The translations under genes and the position numbers were made by a program. A stretch of 64,000 bases of DNA from an uncultured Spirochaetota bacterium (GTDB taxonomy: Bacteria; Spirochaetota; Brevinematia; Brevinematales; JAOACQ01), in assembly GCA_963835575.1 (NCBI GenBank), contig CAWIGG010000002.1, positions 1,696,001 through 1,760,000 of the forward strand, written 5' to 3'. The notes beneath the pieces are model-generated. The model searched no databases, was not told the origin of the DNA, and was given only the letters and a program-made list of their open reading frames with translations. The first letter of the stretch is position 1. The number at the start of each line of letters is the position of its first letter. Shown one piece after another: positions 63,228 through 64,000 of this stretch.

Positions 63228-63315
63228 CTATTTTAAGTAGTACAAATATATTTGTACTTAATTATGTCTAGATCTATAATGGGATTACTTCCTATTGGGA
63301 GATGGAGGTTTTAGA

Positions 63316-63924
63316 ATGAGCCATATTAAAATTCTACCTTGGAAAGGTAAAGATTATGACACTTCTTCATTTGGCAAAAAAATCCTAATAGTTGGTGAGT
63401 CCCATTACAATGGTGAAAATCAATTACTACGAGATGATGAAATTCGAAATTTTACTATCAATACAATAGGAGAGATTAGTAATAGCGTTTGGACTCATGC
63501 TTACTTCACAAAAATTGCCGCTTCCTTTATTGGAAATAATCCTGATCAAGATATGAAAAAGAAATTTTGGAATTCGATATCATTTTGTAATTTTGTTCAG
63601 GTTATATTTTCAGGACCTAGAATCCAACCTTCAGAGGATGAATACAATAATTCGTTATCTGCTTTTTCCGAAATACTGACTGACTTAAAACCACAACTGT
63701 TAGTTATCTTGAGTTATGGAACTTGGAATCATATACAAAATATTACTGAAATTAAAATATCTAAGAAAGAAAAGGTTTTTATAGAAGGAAAATATGTTGA
63801 ACCGTTTTCAATAAAGTTTGAAAATTTAACTTGTCTTGTTCTAGTATTGCCACATCCATCAACGAAGGAATGGGGCTCTGTATCCTGGTATTCATTTATT
63901 AAAAAGCTGATTGAAATGGCTTAA
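63316..63924 (+). CDS. Uracil-DNA glycosylase superfamily protein
   Basis: KILIVGESHY motif A, FCNFVQ, LKPQLLVIL and LPHPS motif B; GGAGG RBS before the ATG at 63316. Confidence 0.7.
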   Translation: MSHIKILPWKGKDYDTSSFGKKILIVGESHYNGENQLLRDDEIRNFTINTIGEISNSVWTHAYFTKIAASFIGNNPDQDMKKKFWNSISFCNFVQVIFSGPRIQPSEDEYNNSLSAFSEILTDLKPQLLVILSYGTWNHIQNITEIKISKKEKVFIEGKYVEPFSIKFENLTCLVLVLPHPSTKEWGSVSWYSFIKKLIEMA

Positions 63925-63947
63925 TTAAAATAAAAAGGGACGCCAAT

Positions 63948-64000
63948 ATGGTTCAAACATTCCTTAGCACTGTTATTAATAACGATATCGAATACATAAA
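63948..64000 (+). CDS. Partial ORF running off the window end
   Basis: AAGGGA RBS then MVQTFLSTVINNDIEYI...; too short to assign. Confidence 0.45.
   Translation, partial: MVQTFLSTVINNDIEYI

Noticed and set aside
62541..64000. CRISPR array or integron cassette array after the WYL gene
   Set aside because: No regularly spaced direct repeats, no convincing attC sites, and no cas or integrase gene in the window.

Overview
Bacterial chromosomal window, AT-rich overall. It is probably from a spirochaete (inference from the P13-like, TP0789/LolA-like, 7TM-DISM-PP2C and LacI-GGDEF gene content). Positions ~1-25.4 kb are an accessory region almost entirely on the minus strand. It holds a fragmented type II fatty-acid/polyene-type cluster (two phytoene-desaturase-like oxidoreductases, KAS, FabG, acyltransferase, polysaccharide deacetylase, methyltransferase, B12 radical SAM), an ABC exporter/LolA-like/lipase operon and several outer-membrane or secreted proteins. 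Positions ~25.7-61.3 kb are mostly core genes (rsmH, ftsL-like, truA, cdsA, uppS, frr, FabK-like/etfBA/acyl-CoA dehydrogenase, rpoZ, clpB, murD, miaA), plus a candidate 6S RNA. Four IS elements have readable terminal repeats and target-site duplications, and two of them split genes. A class IIC group II intron sits directly behind a terminator. The window ends in a WYL regulator and an AT-rich cargo island containing a UDG-superfamily gene. Both the regulator and the island are preceded by the same CTGNCN-N5-TGACAG-N10-TANNNT promoter motif. The most notable non-annotated signals are that twin WYL promoter motif, a REP-like repeat targeted by an IS1182 and also carried inside a nested MITE-like element, the 6S-like RNA and a hairpin inserted into intron domain I. 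No tRNA, rRNA or CRISPR array was seen. All calls come from reading the sequence; no searches were run.
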